A stretch of DNA of 32,000 nt from NCBI RefSeq assembly GCF_013365435.1, contig NZ_CP046577.1, positions 270,001 to 302,000 of the forward strand. The letters run 5' to 3'. The translations under genes were made by a program, and so were the position numbers. This DNA comes from Wolbachia endosymbiont of Litomosoides sigmodontis. GTDB taxonomy: Bacteria; Pseudomonadota; Alphaproteobacteria; Rickettsiales; Anaplasmataceae. The notes under the pieces are model-generated. The model worked only from the letters and a program-made list of their open reading frames with translations. It had not been told where the DNA came from and did not search any database. Below are positions 10,363-19,690 of this stretch, one piece after another. The stretch's first letter is position 1. Every line of letters begins with the position of its first letter.

Positions 10363-11643
10363 ATGTTTAAAATTGCTGAATTCTTTACCCTATTGTTGTT
10401 CTTTTTTATATATTGCAATAGCGCTTGCTCTGTTAATGTTAGAGACAGTGAAGTGGAGGCAGTGGTGAAAGAATTAGCACACCCCTTATTTTCTGCTGCA
10501 GCTATTGATGATAGCCGAATAAAAATTTTTGTAATTGATGATAATTCAATCAATGCTTTTGTAGTTAATAATAATAGTATTTTTATTCACTTGGGGCTTT
10601 TGCAATATTCGACTGAACCTTACGTTTTACTAGGCGTATTGGCACATGAGATTGCTCATATATCTTCTGGTCATATATTGCAGATGAATGATACTGTGGG
10701 TTGTTTTCAATCGATAGCAATGATTAGTTGTATGATAGGGTTAATTTCTACTATTATCATTAATCCCAAGATTGCTAGCGCAATTTTGCTTAGTGGTGTG
10801 GCGCTAAGTTCAAGGTTGTTTTTTAACTATTCTCAAGAGCAAGAGAGTGTAGCAGATAGCTATGCTTTGAAGTACCTTGATGAATCTGGCTATAATAATT
10901 CAGGTATGAAAGAGATTTTTGACTACTTTAGAGGTATTGAACATGAAAATACAGAAGAGTACTTTCGTACTCATCCACTTAGTAATAAGCGTATATTTGC
11001 TGTACAGAATTATAGGGTTAAGAATGAAGTGAACCCAATTCTTGCAGATAAATTATTAAAATTTAAACATATAGTTGCAAAGCTAGACTCGTTCTTTTCT
11101 CCTATCTATCTGTTGTCTAGTAAATATGAAGATAATTCTGAATATGTAAATGCTATAATTTACTACAGGCAAGGAAAGATAAAAGAAGCTATTGCTAAAG
11201 TTGATTCACTGATTCAAGAATCAAGCAATGATCCATACTTGTATGAATTAAAAGCAGAAATACTATACAAGACTGGAAATTTGAGTGAAGCAGTAAAAAT
11301 GTATGAAGAATCACTTAGGTATTTATCTGAGAAAAGCAGTTACTTAGTAAAATTAGCATTATCTCATACTTTGTTATTATATGGTGATATAAAGAAGGCA
11401 ATTTTTTACCTAGAACAAATTGTAAGCGTAGAACCAAGCAATGCTTTTGTCTGGAAATATTTAGGTGTTGCATATAAGCAAGCTGCTAATGTAGCGATGT
11501 ATTATTTTGCTTTAACAAAAAAGGCTTATATTGAAGGTAATTTAAAGCAATTTGTAAAGTATGCTGAGTTAGCCGTTAGAAATTTACCAAAGGACAGCCC
11601 TTACTTATTGCAAATTGAAGATATGAAATATTCCAATAGATAG
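10363..11643 (+). CDS. Secreted M48-family zinc metalloprotease with C-terminal TPR repeats (BepA/YfgC-like)
   Basis: 426 aa with an N-terminal hydrophobic signal-like segment and the HExxH motif HEIAHISSGH. TPR-like repeats occupy the C-terminal half. Confidence 0.8.
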   Translation: MFKIAEFFTLLLFFFIYCNSACSVNVRDSEVEAVVKELAHPLFSAAAIDDSRIKIFVIDDNSINAFVVNNNSIFIHLGLLQYSTEPYVLLGVLAHEIAHISSGHILQMNDTVGCFQSIAMISCMIGLISTIIINPKIASAILLSGVALSSRLFFNYSQEQESVADSYALKYLDESGYNNSGMKEIFDYFRGIEHENTEEYFRTHPLSNKRIFAVQNYRVKNEVNPILADKLLKFKHIVAKLDSFFSPIYLLSSKYEDNSEYVNAIIYYRQGKIKEAIAKVDSLIQESSNDPYLYELKAEILYKTGNLSEAVKMYEESLRYLSEKSSYLVKLALSHTLLLYGDIKKAIFYLEQIVSVEPSNAFVWKYLGVAYKQAANVAMYYFALTKKAYIEGNLKQFVKYAELAVRNLPKDSPYLLQIEDMKYSNR

Positions 11644-11644
11644 C

Positions 11645-11657
11645 AAAAGCCGCTTTT
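11645..11657. terminator. Weak hairpin between convergent genes (possible bidirectional terminator)
   Basis: aaaag-ccg-ctttt (5-bp stem, 3-nt loop) lies in the 25-bp gap between the M48 stop and the virB2-like stop. The stem is AT-rich, so this call is weak. Confidence 0.2.
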
Positions 11658-11668
11658 ACTTTTATAAA

Positions 11669-12010
11669 TTATTTTGTTCCACACTTTTCCAACATGACTT
11701 TTACGTTATCACTCACATTAGGCATGATATTCATTATGATTGCCTTAGCACCAAAAAATACACCGCAAAACATACCTAAAGCAAAAAGAGCTGGCCAAGG
11801 CATTCTACCAAATATTGCAAGCAAAGACGCACCAATTATTACTACTGTCATAAGTGGACCGCCTATTCCCCAAACATACCCAATAATGTTACATATTACT
11901 TGAGCAGTTGTATCATCTACACCAGTACCATGGGTAACTGCATAGCCTGAGAAAGAGAAAAGCAATACTACACATAAAATACTAAAAATTTTTTTTATTA
12001 TAGAGCTCAT
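11669..12010 (-). CDS. virB2: TrbC/VirB2-family type IV secretion pilin-like protein
   Basis: 113 aa with an N-terminal signal-like hydrophobic segment. Two further Gly/Ala-rich hydrophobic helices (GGPLMTVVIIGASLLAIFG and LFALGMFCGVFFGAKAI) give the usual VirB2 size and architecture. Confidence 0.6.
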   Translation of the reverse strand: MSSIIKKIFSILCVVLLFSFSGYAVTHGTGVDDTTAQVICNIIGYVWGIGGPLMTVVIIGASLLAIFGRMPWPALFALGMFCGVFFGAKAIIMNIMPNVSDNVKVMLEKCGTK

Positions 12011-12111
12011 TTTTTTCCTTCAAATATAAACTAGCATAATAAAGACAATTTTAGTTTACATATATTTATTTTAAAGTAAAATTTATGACTTGTCTATAAA
12101 TTAAGGTGTTA

Positions 12112-12846
12112 CTACATAAACAAACCACCATTAATATTAAGTACATGCCCTGTGATGTATTTTGCCTCATCACTTGCTAAAAACAGGACTCCTGCTGCTA
12201 TCTCTTCTCCTGTTCCCATTCTTTTCATTGGAATATTATCTAGTATCTTTCTCTTTTGTTCTTCGGTTAAAACTTTAGTCATTTTAGTGATTATGAATCC
12301 AGGGGCAATGCAATTTACTGTTATATTACGGCTTGCAACTTCTTTTGCTATAGATTTACTCATAGCTATGATGCCAGCCTTAGACGCTGCATAATTTGCT
12401 TGTCCAGCATTTCCTGTCAATCCTATTATTGAAGAAATATTTATAATTCTTCCCCTGTTATTTTTAGTTAGTTTCTTACATGCTTCCCTATTGAGCTTAA
12501 ATGTAGAATTCAAATTAATATCAATCACTTTTTGCCATGCTTCGTCTGTCATTCTTAACAATAAACTATCTTGTGTAATGCCTGCATTGCATATTAATCC
12601 ATCAAAACCTCCCATCAACTCGTTTGCTCTATTTATTAACTGATTTACTTCTCCAGCATTTAATAAATTACAAAGAAGTATATGAATATTTTCTTTATAT
12701 AGTTTAGCAACTTCTTCTAGGGCTTCTTTTTTTGAACCAGAAATACATAGAATTGCTCCAGCTTTATGCATGGTTTTTACAATTTCCTGTCCTATTCCGC
12801 CTGATGCGCCGGTAATTAGGAATTTTCTGCTTTCTAGTTTAAACAT
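12112..12846 (-). CDS. fabG: 3-oxoacyl-[acyl-carrier-protein] reductase (SDR)
   Basis: TGASGGIGQ Rossmann motif, NAG, and Y-x3-K (YAASKAG). I place the start at ATG 12846 (MFKLESRKFLITGAS, AGGAA upstream). The ORF track extends it to 12921. Confidence 0.9.
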   Translation of the reverse strand: MFKLESRKFLITGASGGIGQEIVKTMHKAGAILCISGSKKEALEEVAKLYKENIHILLCNLLNAGEVNQLINRANELMGGFDGLICNAGITQDSLLLRMTDEAWQKVIDINLNSTFKLNREACKKLTKNNRGRIINISSIIGLTGNAGQANYAASKAGIIAMSKSIAKEVASRNITVNCIAPGFIITKMTKVLTEEQKRKILDNIPMKRMGTGEEIAAGVLFLASDEAKYITGHVLNINGGLFM

Positions 12847-13104
12847 GGTAATTTTATTTTCCTGACTACTAACAAAATATTGACTGATTGGCAATATGTC
12901 TCTGTATAAATTGAATAGCACTTGGATATTTATAAAAGCTTAAGTTGATTAAAATACAGCAGAAATTACCACTAAATGGCTTCTTTGTTTTTAGTATTAT
13001 TTTACATTAACATAGATTTGCAGTGGTATATGGTAAGTAAGTTGAAAAAACTTAGTGCTAGATTTTCTTTGACAGGTTTATTTGGGCATAGTGATAATGT
13101 AAAC

Positions 13105-14550
13105 ATGCAAAGGACAAAAAATAAAAAGAAGAAGTACCCAAAACTTTTAGATAAAACGTTTGCATTGATTGATGCAATGGTTAATTTTATTTTAAAGTGT
13201 GAGGGTAATAACATGAATGAGGTTCTAAGAGTAACATGGGGACCACTATTTTTTGGGTTGATAGTGATACTCATCTTTTTTGGAATAGGTGGTATTTGGT
13301 CGGCTGTAGCTCCAATTGATGGGGCAGTACATGCAAGTGGGGAGGTGATTGTATCTTCAAATAGGAAGGTAGTTCAACACTTGGGCGAGGGAATAATAAG
13401 CAAAATCTTAGTCAAAGAGGGCCAAGCAGTTAAAAAAGATGAGCCTTTAGTTTTGTTGAATGATATTAATGAGAAGGCAAATTTAAGCATAATTAAAGAA
13501 AAACTCTTATCACTTTTGGCAACTGAAACAAGACTTATTGCAATTAGGGAAGGTTTTTATGCAGTTGAATTTCCTGATGAAGTTAAAAGATTATCTGACG
13601 ATGAACTTGTGAATAAGGTGATAAAAAATCAGGTAGAATTGTTTAATTCTCAGCGCAAGAGTATATTAGGGAAAACTGACGTACTACAACAACGTATAAA
13701 GCAATTGCATGATAAGTTGGTTGGCCTAAATTCTCAATTGGATGCAGCACTCAAGCAATATGATTTAATAACTGAAGAACTGAAAACAAAAAGGAAGCTC
13801 CTTATCGGTGGTCACATAGGGAAACCGCACATTTTTGCTTTAGAGAAACAGTTTGCTGAAATTGAAGGTAAAGTCGGTCATTACCGTGCTGCAATATCTC
13901 AAATGCAGCAAAAAGTTAAGGAAAATGAATTAGAAATTATAAACGTAAAAAATGATTTTCAAGAAAGAGCAAATATTGAACTTAAGGAGATTGGCACATC
14001 TATTGCTGATTTGAAAGAAAGGCTAATGATTGCAGAGGATGCGTTGGCGCGTACAGTAATTAGATCGCCTCAAGATGGAATAGTCACAGATATAAGGTAT
14101 CATACAGAAGGCGGTGTAATACAATCTGGTGTTCCGATTATGAGTGTAATACCATTGAATGACGACTTAATAATAAATGCCAAAATCCAGACTAGAAATA
14201 TAGAGGAGATACTTTCGGCACAAAAAAAAGATAGCAATATAGTCTCTATTGACGGTTTAGAAGGGCTGAAGGTTAAGGTTAGGTTAAGCGCTTACAGTGC
14301 ACGTCATTTAAGCTTAATTAATGGTATAGTAAGCCATATTTCTCCTGATGCTCTCGGCGATCCGAGATTAGGGCGTTATTATTTAGTACGTGTAGTGATA
14401 CCAAAGTCAGAACTTGCCCAGTTTAAAAGTGTGTATCTATATCCTGGTATGCCAGCGGAAGTGTATATAGTTACTCAATCCCGTACTCTCTTATCGTTCT
14501 TATTCACGCCTATAATTGCAACCTTCGATAGGTCTTTTATAGAAAGGTAG
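13105..14550 (+). CDS. hlyD: HlyD-family type I secretion membrane-fusion (periplasmic adaptor) protein
   Basis: One N-terminal TM segment (LFFGLIVILIFFGIGGIW), a long coiled-coil middle and a C-terminal beta domain ending PGMPAEV.I.T..RT.L.....P. The start is uncertain, with in-frame ATGs at 12976, 13030, 13105 and 13213. Confidence 0.85.
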   Translation: MQRTKNKKKKYPKLLDKTFALIDAMVNFILKCEGNNMNEVLRVTWGPLFFGLIVILIFFGIGGIWSAVAPIDGAVHASGEVIVSSNRKVVQHLGEGIISKILVKEGQAVKKDEPLVLLNDINEKANLSIIKEKLLSLLATETRLIAIREGFYAVEFPDEVKRLSDDELVNKVIKNQVELFNSQRKSILGKTDVLQQRIKQLHDKLVGLNSQLDAALKQYDLITEELKTKRKLLIGGHIGKPHIFALEKQFAEIEGKVGHYRAAISQMQQKVKENELEIINVKNDFQERANIELKEIGTSIADLKERLMIAEDALARTVIRSPQDGIVTDIRYHTEGGVIQSGVPIMSVIPLNDDLIINAKIQTRNIEEILSAQKKDSNIVSIDGLEGLKVKVRLSAYSARHLSLINGIVSHISPDALGDPRLGRYYLVRVVIPKSELAQFKSVYLYPGMPAEVYIVTQSRTLLSFLFTPIIATFDRSFIER

Positions 14551-14567
14551 CTACTTTGTTAAAGTTA

Positions 14568-15465
14568 TGCTAATTTCTACTGTACAAGGAACAGATAGAC
14601 AATAATGGGAAAGAAGCTATACTGAAGTAAGTAAAATAGAGAGGTTTAGATGGCGTTGAAATCTGGATGAAAAAGTCGTGGAATCAGCAAAGGAAATGCT
14701 AAAGGAAGTGTGTGATGACGTGTATGTTGTGTGTTAAGAGCAGCATTAACTGCATGAATAAATCACCTAAAATTTGGAAGAGGAAAAAATTATTTACTCC
14801 TCCCGCCCGATATCGTAAAAAACTAGATTTAAATCAGAGTAGATTTAAACAAGGTGAAGTATGTACATAAAAAAACTGGTGTTACCATTAAAGAAATGAA
14901 AGTAAGAATGAATCCAGAAAAAATAATAAAATTTTTGTATATTATGTCAAGACTGATTCTCAATGAACAAGATAAAAGTAAGAATGGTTAGAAAAAACTT
15001 AATGAGCCTATTGGCAAGTGCCCTAAAAACAAGAATTGTTTTTCTTTGGTAAATCGCGGTTTAGTACGCATTCTAAGGTTGAACATGGGTGATTTAAAAG
15101 TGTGTTAGAACATAGGTTAAAGTAAAATTAGGTAGACAAAAATTTTTGTTTCTACAATGCAATTAATTTTAAAAATATGAAGAGAGTTCTAGCTTATTTA
15201 CGACGAATGTTAACACTGATTATATGAATATATTTCTTCAATAAATGTTGCATATATTTAAGAATATGAGAAGGCTTTTTTGTCATGGATTATATTAATT
15301 AGTATAAATCAAGAAATTTAAAGGTACCTAAGAATATCGAGGTTATATAATATAATTGCCTTGTTTTAGGGTGCTCTATGCAAATTTATTATCTTCATTT
15401 CTCACTCAGTAATTAAATAACTCTGCAATATCACTTACTTAACTCACTAATAATGAGAATTATTA
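14568..15465 (+). mobile_element. Decayed IS630/Tc1-mariner-like element, copy 1 (~0.9 kb, many stops and frameshifts)
   Basis: Alignable by eye with the copies at 19691, 22255 and 31542. The left end is tgctaatttctactgtac...aataatgggaaagaagctatactgaagtaagtaaaatag and the right end is ...ctctgcaatatcacttacttaactcactaataatgagaattatta. No intact ORF remains. Confidence 0.8.
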
Positions 15466-15490
15466 TCACTCTTCTCGTTGGTCGTAATCT

Positions 15491-15503
15491 CTGTAAATTA
15501 GTA
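15491..15503 (-). repeat. Inverted stub of the IS630-like left terminus
   Basis: ctgtaaattagta is the reverse complement of tactaatttacag, the left-terminus sequence seen at 29215 (reverse) and 31542. It adjoins the IS66-like fragment in the same way as the junction at 31541/31542. Confidence 0.45.
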
Positions 15504-15645
15504 TATTATACCACTTAAACGCTTTTAAGCGCGTTTCAGATTATATAGATAAAAATTTAGAAGTATTATGAAGACATAAAGTGTACATAGTGCAAAAAAA
15601 TTCAACGTCGTTTAATCTGTGCAGACTGAAGATAATTGAATATCT
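15504..15645 (+). pseudogene. IS66-like transposase internal fragment ('R' repeat), shortened copy
   Basis: gacataaagtgtacatagtgcaaaaaaattcaacgtcgtttaatctgtgcagac matches the reverse complement of 28590-28690 and 31270-31370 (for example cgtcgtttaatctgtacagag). Confidence 0.55.
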
Positions 15646-15733
15646 TAGGCTTAGGGGGCGAGCTAAGGATTGTTAAGTAATGTTCTGTTTCTTATAGGTA
15701 AAAAAAGCTAGCCTTTTACATCTAGATAAATTC

Positions 15734-16838
15734 CTAATTTTTATTAGTGAGCACACTAATTATAAAACAATCTATATTGCCATCAAGGATGGAATTTATG
15801 TTACCTACTTCATATCCTGTTCTTAAATCCTTTACCATTTGATACGGGTGCATAACGTATGACCTTATTTGATTGCCCCAGCCTATGTCACATTTTTTGC
15901 CGTACTCTTCAGACATTTTCTGCTCTTTTTTCTTCAGTTCAATTTGGTATAAACGCCCTTTAAGTAATTTTAGTGCCTCATTTTTATTCTGGTGCTGAGA
16001 ACGACTGTTTTGGCATTGAACTATAATACCTGTTGGAATATGTGTAATGCGCACCGCACTTTCAGTTTTGTTTACGTGTTGGCCACCAGCTCCAGAAGCA
16101 CGGTAGGTGTCGATCTTTAGATCTTCCTCATCCGCAGCAATATCAATTAAATTTTCTATTGCTGGAGTTATTCCTATGCTTGCAAAACTGGTATGACGTT
16201 TACTGTTTACATCAAATGGTGATATTCTAACAAGTCTGTGAATGCCGCTTTCGCTTTTTGCCCATCCATATGCCTTGTCTCCAACGATTTTTATCGTTGC
16301 AGATTTTATACCAGTTGAATCTCCCTCTAATTTTTCTACAACTTCAACTTTAAAATTGTGGTAAATCTCTGCCCATCTTATATACATGCGCATTAACATT
16401 TCAGCCCAATCATTGCTCTCTGTTCCACCAGCTCCTGAGTGAATTTCTAAGAAGCAATCATTATTATCTGCTTCATCAGTAAATAAGAACTCTGTTTCTT
16501 TACGCTTAATTAATTTTTCTAGTGCTACTAATTCATTTTCAACTTCAGAAAAAAAATCTTTATCATTTTCATCAATAGCGAATTTCATTAAACTAATGGC
16601 ATTATTATAATCGTTTTCTAGCTTTGAAAATGACTCTAGGTCATTCTTAATTTTAGAACGTTCTTTTAAAACCTCTTGTGCCTTTTGATGGGCTTGCCAT
16701 AGATTACCGTCTGCAACCTGAGATTCGAGCTCTTCGAGGCGCGACTTCAACTTTTCTATGTCAAAGACACCTCCTGATAACAGAGATACTTTTATCTAAG
16801 TTCTGAAAATACTCAAGGATCTCTAAATAAGTTTTCAT
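15734..16838 (-). CDS. prfB: Peptide chain release factor 2, requiring a programmed +1 frameshift
   Basis: ORF0 runs from ATG 16838 (MKTYLEILEYFQNLDKSISVIRRCL) to an in-frame TGA at 16763-16761. The +1 frame continues DIEKLKSRLEEL... through the GGQ motif (SGAGGQHVNKTESAVR). The ORF-track TTG start at 16750 is an artefact of the shift. Confidence 0.95.
16760..16775 (-). promoter_or_regulatory. prfB +1 frameshift cassette: AGGAGG-TGT-CTT-TGA-C
   Basis: The minus strand reads aggaggtgtctttgac, with an SD-like AGGAGG 3 nt upstream of the slippery CTT followed by TGA C. This is the canonical RF2 autoregulatory site. Confidence 0.92.
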
Positions 16839-16992
16839 TATGCTTTAGATTTTAATATATTTATTATCAACAGCAATAACAGTACACAAAATAGAAATTT
16901 AACCATATAATAGTTAATTTAAAACAATCTTATTATACTCTAATGTTTAAAGGAATCAAGTATATACGTTTGTTAGGAAATAAGGTAAAACA

Positions 16993-18363
16993 ATGAGTAT
17001 TGAGGCAAATTTCTATTATGGTTTAGATAAAAATGCTATTGATAGCTTGATAGAGTCACTCAATAATCAGGAACTAGAAAATATTCGTAATATTGTAAAA
17101 ACAATAGATGGTGTTCAGCTAGCCTATTTTTTATCTACCTCAATCAGTGATCACAGAGAGCAATTAGTTAGTGTTCTTGATCAATATTCATTAAGTAATG
17201 CTCTAGTACATGTAGTGCCAGATTTACAAGTGGAGATTATAGAAACATTGGGAATAGAAAATGCAGCAAAGTTACTAATACTCCTCGACGTAGAGGATAT
17301 AGTAGCCATAATGAAAGATTTAGATAAAAAATCCATAGAAAGCATACTTAAATACCTGCCCAATGAAACTCAAAAATCGGTAGAGGAGTTATTATCGTAT
17401 CCAGAAGAAAGTGCAGGAAGATTAATACACAAAGATATGGTTATAGCCCCATATTATTGGACGATAAATCAATTAACAGAATTTTTGCGAAGTTATAAAA
17501 AAATACCAGAGAAATTTTATCAGATCTTTATTATTAACTCAAAGTTAGAGCCTATCGGTAGTGTTAATTTGAATAAGGTAATATCTCACTCAGGAGAAAC
17601 GATGATAAAAGAGATAATGAGTCAAGATATAAAGATTATTAAAACTGGAGTAGATCAAGAGGAAGTAGCAAGAGTATTTAAAGATTATTCTCTGTTATCA
17701 GCTCCAGTGGTGAATAAGCGCGGAAAAATCATTGGTGTGATCTTGATTGAAGATGTAATAAAAGTTGTTCAACAAGAAACGGAAGAAGATGTACTCAAAA
17801 TAAGTGGTGTGTCATCTAAAGCCGATATAAATGCTCCTATACATAAAACTATAATTCAAAGGCTACCTTGGTTGTTATTTAATCTCTTAGCTGCAACAGT
17901 ATGTTCTGTAGTGGTTGGCTTTTTTGATGATATAATAAAGAGCTTTGTAGTGCTACCAATAGTTATGCCAATAATTACATCAATGAGTGGAAACGCTGGA
18001 TCCCAAACAGTAACGCTAACCATTAGGGCAATTGCAACAAAATATTTGACTGAGCAAAATGCAAACAGAATACTGATAAAAGAATTTTTCATAGGTCTTA
18101 TAAATGGGATAATTTTATCTATGATTTCATTGGTAGTATTGGCAATAAGGTTTCACAGTTTTAAAGTGGAGATAATTTTTGTAGCTTCCATGGTTATGAT
18201 GTCAATCATTGCAACATTTATTGGAACTTTCATTCCTATAATGCTTTACCGTTTAAAATCAGACCCTGCAGTTTCTTCTTCAATTCTAACATCAGCAACA
18301 ACTGATATCCTTTCAGCTTTTATATTCCTCGGTTTAGCCACGCTCTTTTTGTTAAATAGCTAA
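16993..18363 (+). CDS. mgtE: Magnesium transporter MgtE
   Basis: 456 aa with the MgtE N-domain, tandem CBS region and five C-terminal TM helices. The PI.TSMSGNAGSQ motif is present. Confidence 0.92.
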   Translation: MSIEANFYYGLDKNAIDSLIESLNNQELENIRNIVKTIDGVQLAYFLSTSISDHREQLVSVLDQYSLSNALVHVVPDLQVEIIETLGIENAAKLLILLDVEDIVAIMKDLDKKSIESILKYLPNETQKSVEELLSYPEESAGRLIHKDMVIAPYYWTINQLTEFLRSYKKIPEKFYQIFIINSKLEPIGSVNLNKVISHSGETMIKEIMSQDIKIIKTGVDQEEVARVFKDYSLLSAPVVNKRGKIIGVILIEDVIKVVQQETEEDVLKISGVSSKADINAPIHKTIIQRLPWLLFNLLAATVCSVVVGFFDDIIKSFVVLPIVMPIITSMSGNAGSQTVTLTIRAIATKYLTEQNANRILIKEFFIGLINGIILSMISLVVLAIRFHSFKVEIIFVASMVMMSIIATFIGTFIPIMLYRLKSDPAVSSSILTSATTDILSAFIFLGLATLFLLNS

Positions 18364-18537
18364 AAAGATTGTATTATAAAAATCCTGCTTCAGATTTTAT
18401 GTTTCTTTCATACCTAACCATTCAAAGGTCTATGGCATTTTTTCTAATGAATTATTAAATATTGAAAGAAAATTAAGGCTTTTCAGTTTGATCTTTTTAT
18501 TATAATAACTATGGGTCTATATTCTTGATTAAAGACA

Positions 18538-19554
18538 ATGTTTAGAAGCTTTCTCTTGATTTTTGTATTTGCAGTACTTATCCCTCTGTCAGATGTTGAT
18601 GCAAGAAAATATGTCAGAATTGTTGGGTCTTCAACTGTTTTTCCTTTTATCTCATTTATAGCTGAGGACTTCAATCGTATCTTCTCTTTTAAGACTCCGG
18701 TTGTGGAATCGATAGGAAGTGGATCTGGGTTTAAAACTTTTTGCTCAGGAATAGGGGAAAATACGCCAGATATTGCCACTTCATCTCGTCCTATAAAAGA
18801 GGCAGAAATAGAATTGTGTAAAAGAAATAAAGTTAACGATGTAATAGAGATCATTATCGGCTATGATGGAATTGTCGTTGCAAATTCGAATCAAAGCCGT
18901 AGATTTGATTTTACAAAAAAGGATTTATTTGAAACTTTATCTGCATATTCTCAGGAGAATGGTAGGCTAGTAAAAAATAGCAAGAAGTTTTGGTCTGATG
19001 TAAATCAAACCTTACCAAAAACGGAAATTGAAATTTATGGTCCACATCAGAATACAGGTACATACGAAACTTTGGTTAATTTTATTATGCTTGATCAATA
19101 CTCATGCATGAATTCAAAGATTTTTAAAGAGAGTTATAATGATCCTGAAGAAAGAAAGAAAGCATGTAGTAATATAAGAGATGATAGAAGGTACATAGAA
19201 GTTGGAATTAATGAAAACATGATAATACAAAAATTAAAAAGTAACAAGGATGCCTTGGGAATATTTAGTTTCAGTTTTTTGATGAGGAACCAAGATAAAG
19301 TACAAGGGAGTACAATTGCAGGAATTGAGCCAACTTATGAAAATATATCATCGGGAAAATATGTATTAGCAAGGCCTCTATACCTTTACATAAAGAAAGA
19401 ACACTTAAATACTGTTGATGGACTCAGAGAGTTTATTAGGGAAGTTATAGATTCAATCAGTACTGAAGGTGGGTACTTATCTAAGCTAGGTCTGATTCCA
19501 CTTTCGCATGAAGACATAAAGAGAATTTTAGTAAAAGTTCATGATATAGTGTAA
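18538..19554 (+). CDS. pstS: PstS-family phosphate ABC transporter substrate-binding protein
   Basis: 338 aa with a signal peptide. The RIVGSSTVFPF....AE.F and GSGSGFK.FC.G...DIA.SSRPIK..E pattern fits PBP-like phosphate binders. Confidence 0.8.
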   Translation: MFRSFLLIFVFAVLIPLSDVDARKYVRIVGSSTVFPFISFIAEDFNRIFSFKTPVVESIGSGSGFKTFCSGIGENTPDIATSSRPIKEAEIELCKRNKVNDVIEIIIGYDGIVVANSNQSRRFDFTKKDLFETLSAYSQENGRLVKNSKKFWSDVNQTLPKTEIEIYGPHQNTGTYETLVNFIMLDQYSCMNSKIFKESYNDPEERKKACSNIRDDRRYIEVGINENMIIQKLKSNKDALGIFSFSFLMRNQDKVQGSTIAGIEPTYENISSGKYVLARPLYLYIKKEHLNTVDGLREFIREVIDSISTEGGYLSKLGLIPLSHEDIKRILVKVHDIV

Positions 19555-19599
19555 TACCTTTTATTCTAGGAAGAAATCTTGTAAAAAAATCATTTTAGC

Positions 19600-19690
19600 A
19601 ATTGTAGACTTTGTATTCAATTGCATTTATTCTTAGGGATATTCTTATTATTGGCTTTATCCATGATAAGAAAGGCTTCTTGTATTTTAA
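19600..19690 (-). pseudogene. Probable IS66-like ('R') fragment abutting the left end of IS630-like copy 2
   Basis: Weak by-eye similarity (~60%) of ...tcttattattggcttta...cttgtattttaa to the R tail at 28740-28810. It ends directly at the IS630-like terminus, as the R copy does at 31541. Confidence 0.3.

Noticed and set aside
12847-13104. ORF-track N-terminal extensions of fabG (to 12921), hlyD (from 12976) and nrdB (to 30729).
   Set aside because: The extensions lack family homology. Internal ATGs at 12846 and 30681 give N-termini typical of the families, and 12846 has an upstream AGGAA. The hlyD start remains genuinely uncertain and is noted as such.
15690-15733. An intrinsic terminator downstream of prfB (minus strand aaaaggctagcttttttt).
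   Set aside because: The only stem available centres on the gctagc palindrome with a 2-nt loop and mostly A-T pairs. This is too weak to call, although the T-run is suggestive.
16748-16750. TTG at 16750 as the prfB start codon, as shown in the ORF track.
   Set aside because: It is an artefact of six-frame ORF calling. The real gene starts at ATG 16838 and reaches this frame through the programmed +1 frameshift at CTT TGA C.
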